Shown here: in pieces, positions 21,194-32,650 of the stretch
Position numbering within the stretch: the stretch's first letter is position 1
Layout of the letters: each line of letters opens with the position of its first letter
Assembly: GCF_001194135.2 (NCBI RefSeq)
Contig: NC_069008.1
Span: forward strand, 11,970,930-12,006,411
Direction of reading: 5' to 3'
Source: Octopus bimaculoides
Taxonomy: Eukaryota
DNA: 35,482 bases
Notes under the pieces: generated by a model
Database searches by the model: none
What the model was told of the DNA's origin: nothing
Seen by the model: only the letters and a program-made list of their open reading frames with translations
Translations under genes and position numbers: made by a program

Positions 21194-22199
21194 ACCTGAA
21201 TACAACTTCAGACATGTTTCTGTATTTTAATCTTTTTCTCTTCACCGAGATGTACTCGATTGTTAAGAAACGCGAAAAGTTTTATCTATTTTCATAAAAA
21301 CTAACTTATACCAACCTTTCTAATCTAACTGTTATATCGACATCACTTTCTTCATCTCAAAACTAATGGAAATGGTTGTAAACAACTCCGTTGTTTATCA
21401 TCCGCAGTCTTGTCTCCTTTCTATGACCAACACTACAGCTTCTGTACAACCGGATCTACCGCAGAATTCTGTTATAGCCTTGTGGTCTTCCGTCATTCCA
21501 TTAAGTCTGGATCGAGAAGTCCATGGCTTTTATATTTAGAAACAAGTGAAATAGATCCGTATATCATCAGAAATTTCTAGTGCGAGACACATATTCCATT
21601 TAGTTAGTTTGGGACTTATTTCTTTCCAACTAGTACTATCATAACTAGGTAATTACAAACGTCAATCTGTGATTCAGAATCGCAAATTAGCAAAATACTT
21701 ATTAATTATACATGGCTTTTACTTACTACTGAAGTAACTTGTATTTTGGATGTTAACTTTTATCAGCGATTAAAACTGGGTTACTGACTGCTAAGTATCT
21801 TGGTTATAGACAGATAAATAAATAGGCAATACACTAATAGTTTTACAGCAATCAGATACATTTTCATATGACATATTTCAGGTGAAATTAGAGGGGGAAG
21901 TAGAAGCATTTTCTGGGAGGTGGAGAACAATGACCCATTTTCTTAGATAAAACTTTCTAAAAAAAAAAAATAATAAATGAATAAAAATAAAACAATGCAA
22001 AAGGAAACCAATGAGGAATGTCAGGAATTCCCCTTCTCTACTTGACTTAACAATGTGCCAAGTTATTGATAAGTTTGTGTTACTGCATATTAAGAGGCTG
22101 GGGGTCAAGAGGTCACAGTAAACAGTAACAACTTAGAATAAATTACAGTCAATGTTACCTTTACCAAAATTTTTAGCTGATGCTCTTTAACCCTTTAGT

Positions 22200-22345
22200 A
22201 ATCACATGGATAACACTGGTGGCATGGAGAGGGGAGGCCGGTATGCATGGGCGACTGCTGGTCTTCCATAAACAACCTTGCCCGGACTTGTGTCTTGGGA
22301 GGATAACTTTCTAGGTGCAATCCCAGGGTCAGTTCATGACCGAAG
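22200..22345 (+). mobile_element. GC-richer interspersed repeat fragment (probable retroelement 3' part)
   Basis: Abrupt GC-rich segment GGCGACTGCTGGTCTTCC...GACCGAAGGGGGTCT, recalled as an octopus repeat. Family not assigned. Confidence 0.4.
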
Positions 22346-22755
22346 GGGGTCTCGGCATGCATTATAAAAACACACTATTAAATGTACTAACATTCTGAAA
22401 ATTTCTAAATCAGTTATATCTCGTAAACTTTGTGTCGAAAGGTACTTTATAAATGGGGGAGCCTCAGACAGGCTATGATTCTATATATGTTTTGAAAGAG
22501 AAATGAGGTTTTGATCTGGTTGTGAATGTGTTCGAAGAACAAATGAAGTAACATTCTTACTTTGAATATGTTTCTTAAAAGAGAGATGCATATGACGAAC
22601 AAGGATACTACATACAACATCCGGATTCTTATTCCGTTTCGTTTCTCCCGGGCGTCCTTTTATAATTTCTGTTGACAAACTTTATATTCTGTAAATCATT
22701 GCAAGAGGAGATTGCCTCACAACAACCCAAGACTGGCGATAGGTAAACAGGGATT

Positions 22756-23010
22756 GGGTAATCTTCAAGTTTAGGGGGATAAAAAAATAAATAAAAATAT
22801 TCAAGAGAAGTAACTGAACGTCTTACCAGTATTCTCCGTACATCTCTGTTTATAAATAAATCACACACGTGATTTTATTGACGTTAGGGTTAGGGTGTGA
22901 TTTATTTATAAACAGCTAGAAGAAAACGGATAATACTGGTAAGTCGTTCAGTTATTTCCCTTGAATATTTTTATTTATCTTTTTTATCCCCCTAAACTTG
23001 AAGATTACCC
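22756..23010. mobile_element. 255-bp foldback MITE with TTAGGGTTAGGG in the loop
   Basis: GGGTAATCTTCAAGTTTAGGGG...CCCCTAAACTTGAAGATTACCC with ~110-bp arms. It is flanked by AGGGATT/AGGAATT (imperfect TSD) and absent from copy A. Confidence 0.85.
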
Positions 23011-23235
23011 AGGAATTGATGAAGAAATACAAGTCTTTAAAGTGGCAAAGTAAGAACAGATTTCATTGACTGATTTTATAATATAACTAGTATTAATTAC
23101 CTAGCCTTTCACTATATTTACTAAGGTATAATGATGAAGGAATCTTGCTTATGATGTAAGTAAATTGTACATTTATTTAAAGTGGAACAGTAAAATTGTT
23201 TATGTATTAAATAGTTTAGATACCATCTACATTAA

Positions 23236-23452
23236 AATCCTTTCGTTGCCGTATTTATTTTGAGATGCTCTGTGTTTCTTTCAATTAATTTTAAATATAA
23301 CAAAGAGTTTAGTAAAATAACTTAGTTATCATTTAGGTAATGTTAGGAACATAAATTGTGACTAAGGTTTGGTGGAAGATTTTAATTCAGAAAATTTTGA
23401 AAACAAGACATTTGAACCTGAGGTGGTTTCTGCCAGGTTGGTATTGAAAAGG
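23236..23452. mobile_element. piggyBac-like MITE at a duplicated TTAA
   Basis: TTAA at 23232-23235 and 23453-23456. CCTTTCGTTGCC and GGTATTGAAAAGG form imperfect TIRs. A single TTAA is present at the equivalent site in copy A. Confidence 0.7.
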
Positions 23453-23807
23453 TTAAAAATCATACGTGTGTTAGTGTTAACATTTCTTATGAGTGAAACA
23501 TTTTAGAAGTTAACAGAGAGTAAATATTACGGTGCAGAAGAAAAAAAGATGTTAAAGACAAGTATTATTTTCATTTTTGCCCCACAATAAACTAATACAT
23601 GCATTATCTTGTAGCTTTGAGGTTTTTATGGGGTAACTGTTAATTCTTAGAATGATATTGTAGAGTTGGTATGAGGGGCCACATTCCAACCAGTTTGAAC
23701 ATAAAACAGGTGGAATATTTTGGCCAGATATGGCTGGTTTAAAGGCTAATGAGTTAAGGTGTAGGACTGTTTCTCAAGCATTTTTTTTTCAACATACATA
23801 AGCACAA

Positions 23808-23948
23808 GCATGGCTGTGTGGTAAGAAGCTTGCTTCCCAACCACATGGTTCCAGATTCAGTCCCACTTCATGGCATCTTCAGCAAATGTCTTCTTCTACA
23901 GCTTTGAGCTGACTAAAGCTTTGTGAGCAGAAACTGAAAGAAGCCCAT

Positions 23949-23975
<27 letters not shown>
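23808..23975 (+). mobile_element. 5' part of tRNA-derived SINE ending in (TG)n(TA)n
   Basis: GGCTGTGTGGTAAGAAGCTTGCTTCCCAACCACATGGTTCC matches the reverse of 19060-19140. Confidence 0.8.
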
Positions 23976-23981
<6 letters not shown>

Positions 23982-24304
23982 TACGGAGATGTACTTGCAT
24001 AGCAAGTGACCTGATCTGAGATCGTGTGCTGGAACGAAAACAATTGCAGCGTGGAAGGTGTTTATAAGCCATTTAAAATAACACACAAAAGCTGTCAGAT
24101 TCACTTCAGCATTTAAATTTAATTTGTCAAAATATTTTCGTCGCTTTGAGACCGCGACCTGTTCACTGACAAAAAGCACAATTTCATCCTTCAACTGTTC
24201 ACATAAATGTTTACATTTACAGTTTTTTTTTTTTTTTTTTTTTCTATATTGAAATGTGAAATTTTTACCTGTTGTATTTCTATTTTTTAAGTGTCTTCTG
24301 TATC

Positions 24305-24328
24305 TTACACTGTTGTTTCTCTTTTCAG
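24305..24328 (+). promoter_or_regulatory. Candidate splice acceptor for the plus-strand ZNF exon
   Basis: Polypyrimidine tract TGTTTCTCTTTTCAG ending at 24328. Confidence 0.6.
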
Positions 24329-24759
24329 ATTATCAAATGGTGCTGGTCTTGAATTGTTTACCTCAAGTACATCATCTGTTCTGTATGGATTATGAATTAA
24401 AAAATAATGGGAAATGTTATACAGACGTGATGTGAACATGTTTATATACATCAATGATGAATTGCTATAGTGAAATATTCCTTTTGAACTAGGATAAATA
24501 GCAATATCTTACGTTTTCATTATCTGGAATTTCCCCATAATTTTGCATTTTAAGAGTTTCTGGCATATAAAGATATCAGTAAATGTTACAATTGAAGAAA
24601 ATAGAGAATATTTTTTTTTTAGTAATAAAGTATTATTTTGTAAGGAATAAGTTCTAAAAATGCAAACAAAAAGATATCCATATATTTGTGTTGAGAAAAG
24701 TAAAATAGTAGAAAATGACGAATGTGAGAAACTTCAAGAATTGATGTTTACCTGATGAG

Positions 24760-25788
24760 ATGTTGGAAGAAATAAGGAAGTCATCATTCCACTGTGATGT
24801 CTGTAAAATGTCATTCTCTCTAGAATCAAACCTCATTAAGCACAAACGTATTCGTACAGAAAGGAAACCACATCATTGTGATATCTGTGGTAAATCATTC
24901 TCTCAAAAAAGTAAACTAGCTACTCACAAACGTATTCATACAGGTGAGAAACCATATCACTGTGATATCTGTGGTAAGTCATTCTCTCAGAATGGATACT
25001 TAGCTACACATAAGCTTGTGCACACAGGAGAAAAACTATATCATTGTGATGTCTGTGGTAAATCTTTTTCTCATGGAAGTAACTTAACTAATCACAAACG
25101 TATCCACACAGGCGAGAAACCATATCATTGTGATTTATGTGGTAAATCATTTGCTGAAAATGGAACCTTAACTAGACACAAACGTATTCATACTGGAGAA
25201 AAGCCTTATCGTTGTGATATCTGTGGTAAATCATTCTCTCGTAAATGTGAAGTAAATATACACATACGCATTCATACAGGAGAAAAACCATATCGCTGTG
25301 ATATATGTGGTAAATCATTCTCTAAAAATGAAAATGTAACTATACATAAGCGTATTCATACAGGAGAGAAACCATATTGCTGTGATATCTGTGGTAAATC
25401 ATTCTCTCAAAAGGAAAACTTAACTACTCACAAGCGTGTTCATACAGGAGAGAAACCATATCAGTGTGATGTTTGTGGTAAATCATTCTCTGAAATTGGT
25501 CATGTCACAAGACACAAACGAATTCATACTGGAGAGAAGCCATTTCACTGTGATACCTGTGGTAAGTCATTCTCTGAAAATGGAGTTTTAACTAAACACA
25601 AACGTATTCATACTGGAGAGAAACCATTTCACTGTGATATCTGTGGTAAATCATTCTCTGAAGCTGGCTATGTAACAAGGCATAGACGTATTCATACAGG
25701 AGAGAAGCCATATCAGTGTGATATTTGTGGCAAATCATTCTCTCTAACTCATAACTTAGCTAAACACAAACATATTCACACAAGATAA
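24760..25788 (+). CDS. C2H2 zinc-finger protein, 342 aa, 12 tandem fingers (first lacks the second His)
   Basis: Repeated CDICGKSFS...[11 protein letters not shown] with no effector domain evident. Confidence 0.93.
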   Translation: MLEEIRKSSFHCDVCKMSFSLESNLIKHKRIRTERKPHHCDICGKSFSQKSKLATHKRIHTGEKPYHCDICGKSFSQNGYLATHKLVHTGEKLYHCDVCGKSFSHGSNLTNHKRIHTGEKPYHCDLCGKSFAENGTLTRHKRIHTGEKPYRCDICGKSFSRKCEVNIHIRIHTGEKPYRCDICGKSFSKNENVTIHKRIHTGEKPYCCDICGKSFSQKENLTTHKRVHTGEKPYQCDVCGKSFSEIGHVTRHKRIHTGEKPFHCDTCGKSFSENGVLTKHKRIHTGEKPFHCDICGKSFSEAGYVTRHRRIHTGEKPYQCDICGKSFSLTHNLAKHKHIHTR

Positions 25789-26225
<437 letters not shown>

Positions 26226-26459
26226 TATATTATAAATCAAACTCAAAAACACTAATTTGACTAAACATGTAGCTGTTCATTCACTATTAAAATTCATTAC
26301 ATTTTAAAACCATTTCACCTGCTAAACCAGGGGTTAGCCTTGTGGATGTCACTCATAACAGTAATTGTACTCCTTATTAAACCTTTTTAAGGCAGTGTTT
26401 TACTGCCAGTTGCATTTCCTGATTGTAACCCTTTTAATCACTTATTGTTGTATGCATGG

Positions 26460-26680
26460 ATACAACAAGCTGACAGAATCGTTAGCACACTGGGCAAAAT
26501 GCTTCGTGGCATTTCATCTGTCCTTACTTTCTAAGTTCAAATTTCACCCAGGTTCACCTTGCCTTTCATCCTTTTGGGGTCACTAAAATGAGTACCAGTC
26601 TAGTATTGGGGTCGATGTAATTGACTATCCTCATTCCCCAAATTTCAGGCCTTGTGCTTATAGTAGAAAGGATTATATGC
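26460..26680 (+). mobile_element. tRNA-derived SINE (same family as 95-313)
   Basis: AAGCTGACAGAATCGTTAGC, AAGTTCAAATTTC, GGGGTCGATGTAATTGACT, CAAATTTCAGGCCTTGTGC...TAGAAAGGATTAT. Confidence 0.8.
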
Positions 26681-26878
26681 TATTCCTTAACTAAAACCAA
26701 GCTACACACAGTTTCTCAAAGTTCTTTGTATGAAAAGATATCTTGTATAACCATAAATGTATTGATTTAGCAAGAAGACATACCAAAGTGACAACAGCCT
26801 GTCAATACTATATTATATAAAACCACAACTGAATCTACAATGCATTATAGTCATTCATATATATTCAGTCTAACATAA

Positions 26879-29686
26879 CACTGTGCAACAAAAAAGATCT
26901 ATTGTCTGCTACTCAGACAAATGGTGCTGTACTAAACTAAATTGAGTATGCTGATTCCGAATCTGAACTCAGAATTGCTGTAGCATGTCAGGATTTTGAG
27001 TTATGCACCGAATTATATATCAATACTATATTTGAATCGGGAATAGTTTAGTTCAAGGTAGATAATTATTATTATAGTATATTAGTACTGTATATAGTAT
27101 TATAATATAACTAGCTGATGTACCTGGTAATTCCCAGAAAAGCAAGGTTTATCCTTTAGTTCCGTTCTCATAATTGTTTTGCCAATCCAATAACAACAAT
27201 ACAAAGTATGTAGCCCATGAAACAGTGTGCATTTACAGAGAATACCGAACTATCTTATATAGGACCTTGTTGTTAGGAAATCCGAATAAGTTATGAATCC
27301 CCAAATCATGAAGTCAGTTACATAATAACATGAAATTAGTGATCCGATAGTAAGAATTCAAATAAAGTACCCCTGAAAAGGGCTCTAATGCATTCCCATA
27401 GTATATAGAACTTAGGAAGAAATACCAATAAGGTATGTATACCAAAATTGTGAAGCATGTTACATAATAACAGGCTAATCAGATATGAGATAACAACAAT
27501 TCAAAGTAAATAACTTGTGTGTTCCCAGAGAATATATCCCTTAGGGGCGCTACTGTTGAAATACATTTACAATGAATACAGAAACAGACTGACTTTTGGT
27601 TTTACAGTAGACGTACAAATAAATTTGCATATAGATTTAAAAATAAAATCGCATGTAGATTATCAATACATTTACAACACTTACAAATATTGCAGTTAAA
27701 TAATAAATACCTGATGATTTGGTGAATCTTATTAAGTTTGCAGAGCTTCTTGATAAACAGTTTTGGTCGATTAGGATTGCCGACACATGAGCATCCCACA
27801 TAAAGTTGGCCATGGGAGAAAACTGGTTCCACAAGGTTCAAACCTACCACATCCAAGGACTGTCCCTGGGCCTTGTTAATGCTCATTGCAAGGTCATTTT
27901 CAACAGGAATTGCAGGCACTTGTACTGGAAAGCATATCCAAGGGAATAAATTGAATTCTAGGAATGAATACGGGCTCACCGCTTGCTTTACCAGTCAAAA
28001 TTATTGTCCCCAAGACTTAGCATCATCTTTCTTATAAGTCGTGTGCCATAACAAAGCTTCGGTGGATCAAGGTTTCGAAGCAGCATAACTGTTGCTCTAA
28101 TCTTGAGGTTCATGTTGTGAGGTGGGAGGCAGGGTATTGTTAGACTATTCAAAAATTCAACTGGATAATTCACAGCTTCATCAATGTCGAGTACAGTGTC
28201 AATAGAATTGTAGATGTGACACTCACCTGGCAACTGTTCCAGAAGTTTTATGTTCAAATCATCAGCTGTCACATTCTTTGGAACTAAAATGGCATGGGCT
28301 TTCAGCCAGTTGTGGTTTGTATACTGATTCCTTAAGTTAGGAAACACCTTATTCATTAGTTCCTTTAAATCAGATACCATGTGTCCAAAAGGCAAGCTTA
28401 CCCGGCCATCCTTCTTGCCAACCAAAGTGCCATTACCGATGTCCAACAGTTGCTTTGAAAAGGTTCTGTCAGCATCATCACCACTGAGCTGCAGTTTCAT
28501 GTTGGTTGTGAATCTCTGCTTTTGCACATTGCTCCATAGGTAGGATGACTTTATGCTGACGTTTACCTCATCAGCTCTTGTCCTCTTTGGAACCACAGGA
28601 AGGATTTGTCTAAAGTCTCCTGCAAGCAAGACTTGGATGTTAAAGGAAAATATATTGGTTATATATGTGGACCCCTTGTAGGGGCCCTAGCTATCCAATT
28701 ATAGATTTTTATTAAACTTCAATGAGCCTAGTAACAAACTGGATGTTACTTGAACATTTTTGCAAAGTTTCATGAAAATTTGTTAATGGGTGTAGACGGC
28801 AACTTGACATAAACAGACAACTTGTGTTTATAAATGTATGTAGATGGTACACAGTATATTTATGTTAAGGGAATACTCACCTTATTTTTGATTTGCTCAG
28901 CTCAGAAATGTTTGAGACACTTGCTCTTGCACTTATGCGTCATGCTGGTCTCCTGTTGTAGGAACCAGCAGTAGTCACCCAACGTGTGGATTGAACCGGC
29001 TTTGATACCTTGTTTCCTTCTCAGATATGTCCTGGTGGAGCCTCTCACCATATTCATCACTAAGAGCACCAAGTTTCGTTGGAAAAAAAATTGAGATGAG
29101 AATGCAAGAAGTGCATTTTAAGGGACATCCATCATCCCACTCTTTCATATGCTGTTTATTAAATCAGCATAGTTTTCAACTTTATGATTTCCAAGAAAGT
29201 TCTGTACAACTAATACAAATGAATCCCATGCCGTCAGCTTAACTGGATTCAGTTTACCTCTGAATTTGCTATCAGGTATCAATTTTCTAATCTCGGGTCC
29301 AACGAAAATGCTTGCTTCAGTTTTGCGTCACTTTCCTCTGCACCAAATTTTATTTTTAAGTACTGGAAGTATAGTTATAATCTTGTGCATGCACACAACT
29401 CAAAATCCTGACGTACTAGAACAATTCTTTGATTTAGGCTAAAACATGCTTTTACAATAATAAGAGTAGAAATCAATATTATTAAATAATATCAATTTCA
29501 ACCAGTGGTCAGCATACGTAAAAAACGTCCAAGGACTGTGAATTATATTTAAATATAAACAAGAGAAGAGTCCACTAAGTGGATTCCTTGTTTGCTAAAA
29601 AGAGACGTCAAACCGTCCTACCATGAAATCTGTGTTCTCAAATTAGCATATGTTTACTCCAGTAGCAAAATCTTTGTTGACCAGTG
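26879..29686 (-). mobile_element. Internally deleted TIR DNA transposon, Chapaev-like (CMC), interrupted by a Helitron
   Basis: Termini CACTGTGCAACAAA (26879) and TTTGTTGACCAGTG (29686), flanks TAA/TAT, subterminal inverted pair 26963-27008/29385-29437. Minus-strand transposase C-terminus LTAWDSFVLVVQNFLGNHKVENY, MSLKMHFLHSHL, LGALSDEYGERLHQDI, GDYCWFL (~28904-29265). The family name is from recall of this motif set. Confidence 0.75.
27111..28844 (-). mobile_element. Internally deleted Helitron with PIF1-like helicase fragment and both canonical ends
   Basis: Minus strand A|TCTAC at 28845/28844, 3' hairpin CTGG-GAATTA-CCAG (27137-27124) then CTAG|T (27114-27110). Helicase motifs [34 protein letters not shown] and [10 protein letters not shown] in frameshifted ORFs 27988-28629 and 27602-27979. 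Confidence 0.92.
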
Positions 29687-30560
29687 TATTAGAAGCAGTG
29701 AGAAAACGTACTATCGATGATTTCACACTGGAATCATCAATAGAATGTTTTCTCACTGGGTAAATAACTGAAAAACAAAACATTCTTCTGTATTGGGGAT
29801 AACATCACTGTACAGTTATATAAATAAATATGCAAAACATTAAAAGAAAATATTCTACTTTAGGATATATTCATGATCTTATATGTATTTTTATTATATA
29901 TCTTATGTAAATTGTGGTTTAAATTTTATGATGTATATCTCATCAATGAAATGATTCTTATGTTGATTTAGATTTATATAACATTCTCATTTCTTTTATT
30001 TATATAATGATCCCTTCATGCCTTTATCATTAAGCTAAATGTTAATTTACAAGTGTTAAGGTAAACTTAGTATTAAGTGGGATGTATAATTTGTGAATCA
30101 TCATCTTCATTGATGTTTAAATGTCCATTCTCTTAGTATGGGTTGGACATGCCTGTGATACAAAATATCCTTTGTCATCTCATCTATATGTCCCAGAATC
30201 CAGAAGTTTGGTTTCACTACACCTTGTGAATGTTCTTAGTAAACTTGGAATTGAAACATTTAAATAAAGCTGGTTTATTCTTACATTATTCTTCTATCAT
30301 TTTACATATACAACAATTAACTAAAACTTAAGGCTGACACCATAAACTGTAGAATTCACAAACTTGATTATATAAATAAAGTTTCATATTTTTTTATAAA
30401 CTGATCTTCATTAACAGTTTATTTGAAGTTATATCATCTGTTTCCATTGTTTGATACTAAACACTGGATATTAGGTGTTATTGTGCAGTGAGTAAAGGAT
30501 AAACAATAGGATTACTTTCTTTTAGCATTCAGATTACTCTGTCAAATGTAATCTTATTTA

Positions 30561-30960
30561 TAGTAAAGATTGTTTGCCAACATAACATGGCAGTCCTGGT
30601 TTAGGATGAATGTTGCTGTAATTTAGCCCCAGGAGTGACATTGTCTCCAGCTGGCAATACAACACAATCTGTGTCCTTATATTTTCAAACAAGGGAATAT
30701 AGCATCACCACCCAGCTCAAAACAATATCTGTGTATTGCAATTTCTGGGTTATTTTGCTTCATCAGCACAGAATAATTGTTTGGCTAGAGGTGGCACTGC
30801 CAAATTGCCATTTGAAATATATAGTTTTCAAAGCAGAAAAATATAAGGACACAGATCGTGTTGTATAGCCAGCTGGAGACGATATCTCCTGGGGCTAAAT
30901 TACAGCAACATTCATCATAAAGAAGGACTGCCATGTTATGTTGGCAAACAATCTTTACTA
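30561..30960. mobile_element. 400-bp MITE with ~125-bp TIRs (Tc1/mariner-like, TA target)
   Basis: TAGTAAAGATTGTTTGCCAACATAACATGGCAGTCC...GGACTGCCATGTTATGTTGGCAAACAATCTTTACTA, with flanks TA and CA. Confidence 0.88.
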
Positions 30961-31419
30961 CAAAGTACTGTTGCTGAATATCTCACATTGTGAGATTTAA
31001 AAATAGTAATTTTTGTAATCTTATTTATTCTCGTTGTTTTTGAATTAATCATGCATAATCTCATAGCTTTGAGATTTTGATAATGTGATTCTTTACTCTT
31101 TGCATGGCATTGTAGGATAGATGTAAGAGGCCAGATCTGGTCAGTTTGAAAGTAAAGCAGGAAGAATATTTGATCCAGACATGGCCAGTTTAAATCATGA
31201 TGATGAAGGTTATCAAGTGAATGTGATGCAGCCAGCTGGTTAAATGTAGCCAAGTGAGAATCAGTCTAACAAAAATATATTTCTCAACTTCTCGAAATGT
31301 TGAAGTGTGATACATAATGCTGCTTGAAAAATTACATTTTTGATTCTTAATTATGATCTCCAGAACAAATAACATGGTATCACACCAACTGTTTGTATGG
31401 CATTGCAATTCTTATAAAG

Positions 31420-32340
31420 ACCTTCGAACATTGGGCCTCACCGAGGCGATGACTTCTGACCGAGACCTTTGGAAATATGCTGTACGTGAGAAGACCCGGC
31501 AAGCCAAGTGAGACTTAAATCCAAGGCCCCTGCAAGGGTTGTAGCCAGTCCACTTATGCGTACCTTTCCTTCATTGGACACTAAACTCTGCTTGCGAAGA
31601 CCTGTTGAGGCAAGTGAAATTGAAATCGAACTAAATTTGGCGACTGGCACCCATGCCAACGTTGTCTCCTTCATTGGACACGAAANNNNNNNNNNNNNNN
31701 NNNNNNNNNNNNNNNNNNNNNNNNNNNNNNNNNNNNNNNNNNNNNNNNNNNNNNNNNNNNNNNNNNNNNNNNNNNNNNNNNNNNNNNNNNNNNNNNNNNN
31801 NNNNNNNNNNNNNNNNNNNNNNNNNNNNNNNNNNNNNNNNNNNNNNNNNNNNNNNNNNNNNNNNNNNNNNNNNNNNNNNNNNNNNNNNNNNNNNNNNNNN
31901 NNNNNNNNNNNNNNNNNNNNNNNNNNNNNNNNNNNNNNNNNNNNNNNNNNNNNNNNNNNNNNNNNNNNNNNNNNNNNNNNNNNNNNNNNNNNNNNNNNNN
32001 NNNNNNNNNNNNNNNNNNNNNNNNNNNNNNNNNNNNNNNNNNNNNNNNNNNNNNNNNNCGTTGCCAGTGCCCCTGGACTGGCTCTTGTGCAGGTGGCACG
32101 TAAAATACACCATTTTGAGTGTGACCGTTGCCAGTACCGCCTGACTGGCCTTTGTGCGGGTGACACGTAAAAGCACCCACTACACTCTCTGAGTAGTTGA
32201 TGTTAGGAAGGGCATCCAGCTGTAGAAAGTCTGCCAAATCAGATTGGAGCCTGGTGTAGCCATCTGATTTCACCAGTCCTCAGTCAAATCATCCAACCCA
32301 TGCTAGCATGGAAAGCGGACATTAAACGATGATGATGATG
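31420..32340 (+). mobile_element. 5'-truncated RTE-like LINE 3' end (ORF C-terminus, repetitive 3' UTR across gap, (GAT)n tail)
   Basis: DLRTLGLTEAMTSDRDLWKYAVREKTRQAK* (RT C-terminal DRxxW motif), internal repeats CCTTCATTGGACAC and CGTTGCCAGT, tail GATGATGATGATG. Confidence 0.7.
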
Positions 32341-32429
32341 GAGTAACAGGTTGTTGTAAATCTTGTTTGCTGTTCTCTGGAATATTGCAATCAATGTGTG
32401 AAAGGCAGTTTTCTAAATATTGATGTGCA

Positions 32430-32650
32430 TGATGACCAGCATTCCTCATTCACTGACAAACAATGAAACAAGCCAATGAGGGTGCTTTAATGTGATTGTT
32501 CAACTTGCTTGAAATAGAAGCTATATCTCCCTCAAAATCACACCGACCATTTAAAAAAGAACATGCTGCAATACAATGGAAAGAGAAGGGTGGTCATGGC
32601 TGGAACGCCTTTGATCATAGGTCTGCTTCATAAAGGTTGACTTTAAGCTG
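32430..32650 (+). mobile_element. Degenerate SINE-like repeat
   Basis: GGTCATGGCTGGAACGCCTTTGATCATAGGTCTGC with an (AAC)-like tail, recalled as an octopus SINE. Confidence 0.45.

Larger units (their letters stand above)
22366..23578 (+). promoter_or_regulatory. Promoter/first-exon-like block, copy B (with two TE insertions)
   Basis: Colinear with copy A once 22756-23010 and 23236-23452 are removed. GTAA is missing at the donor position (AAATACAAGTCTTT). Confidence 0.6.

Noticed and set aside
21600-21790. Possible third, inverted copy of the promoter cassette
   Set aside because: Only short AT-rich word matches (AAATACAAGT, TAATTACCTAG). It needs a real alignment.
23975-24175. CpG-containing segment after the (TA)n run as a regulatory element
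   Set aside because: It resembles a recalled octopus interspersed repeat attached to microsatellites. It cannot be classified or supported from this window alone.
25786-25788. Readthrough of the ZNF UAA stop by A-to-I editing
   Set aside because: It would need both adenosines edited, and a 2-nt frameshift follows within a few codons, so the downstream fingers would still be out of frame.
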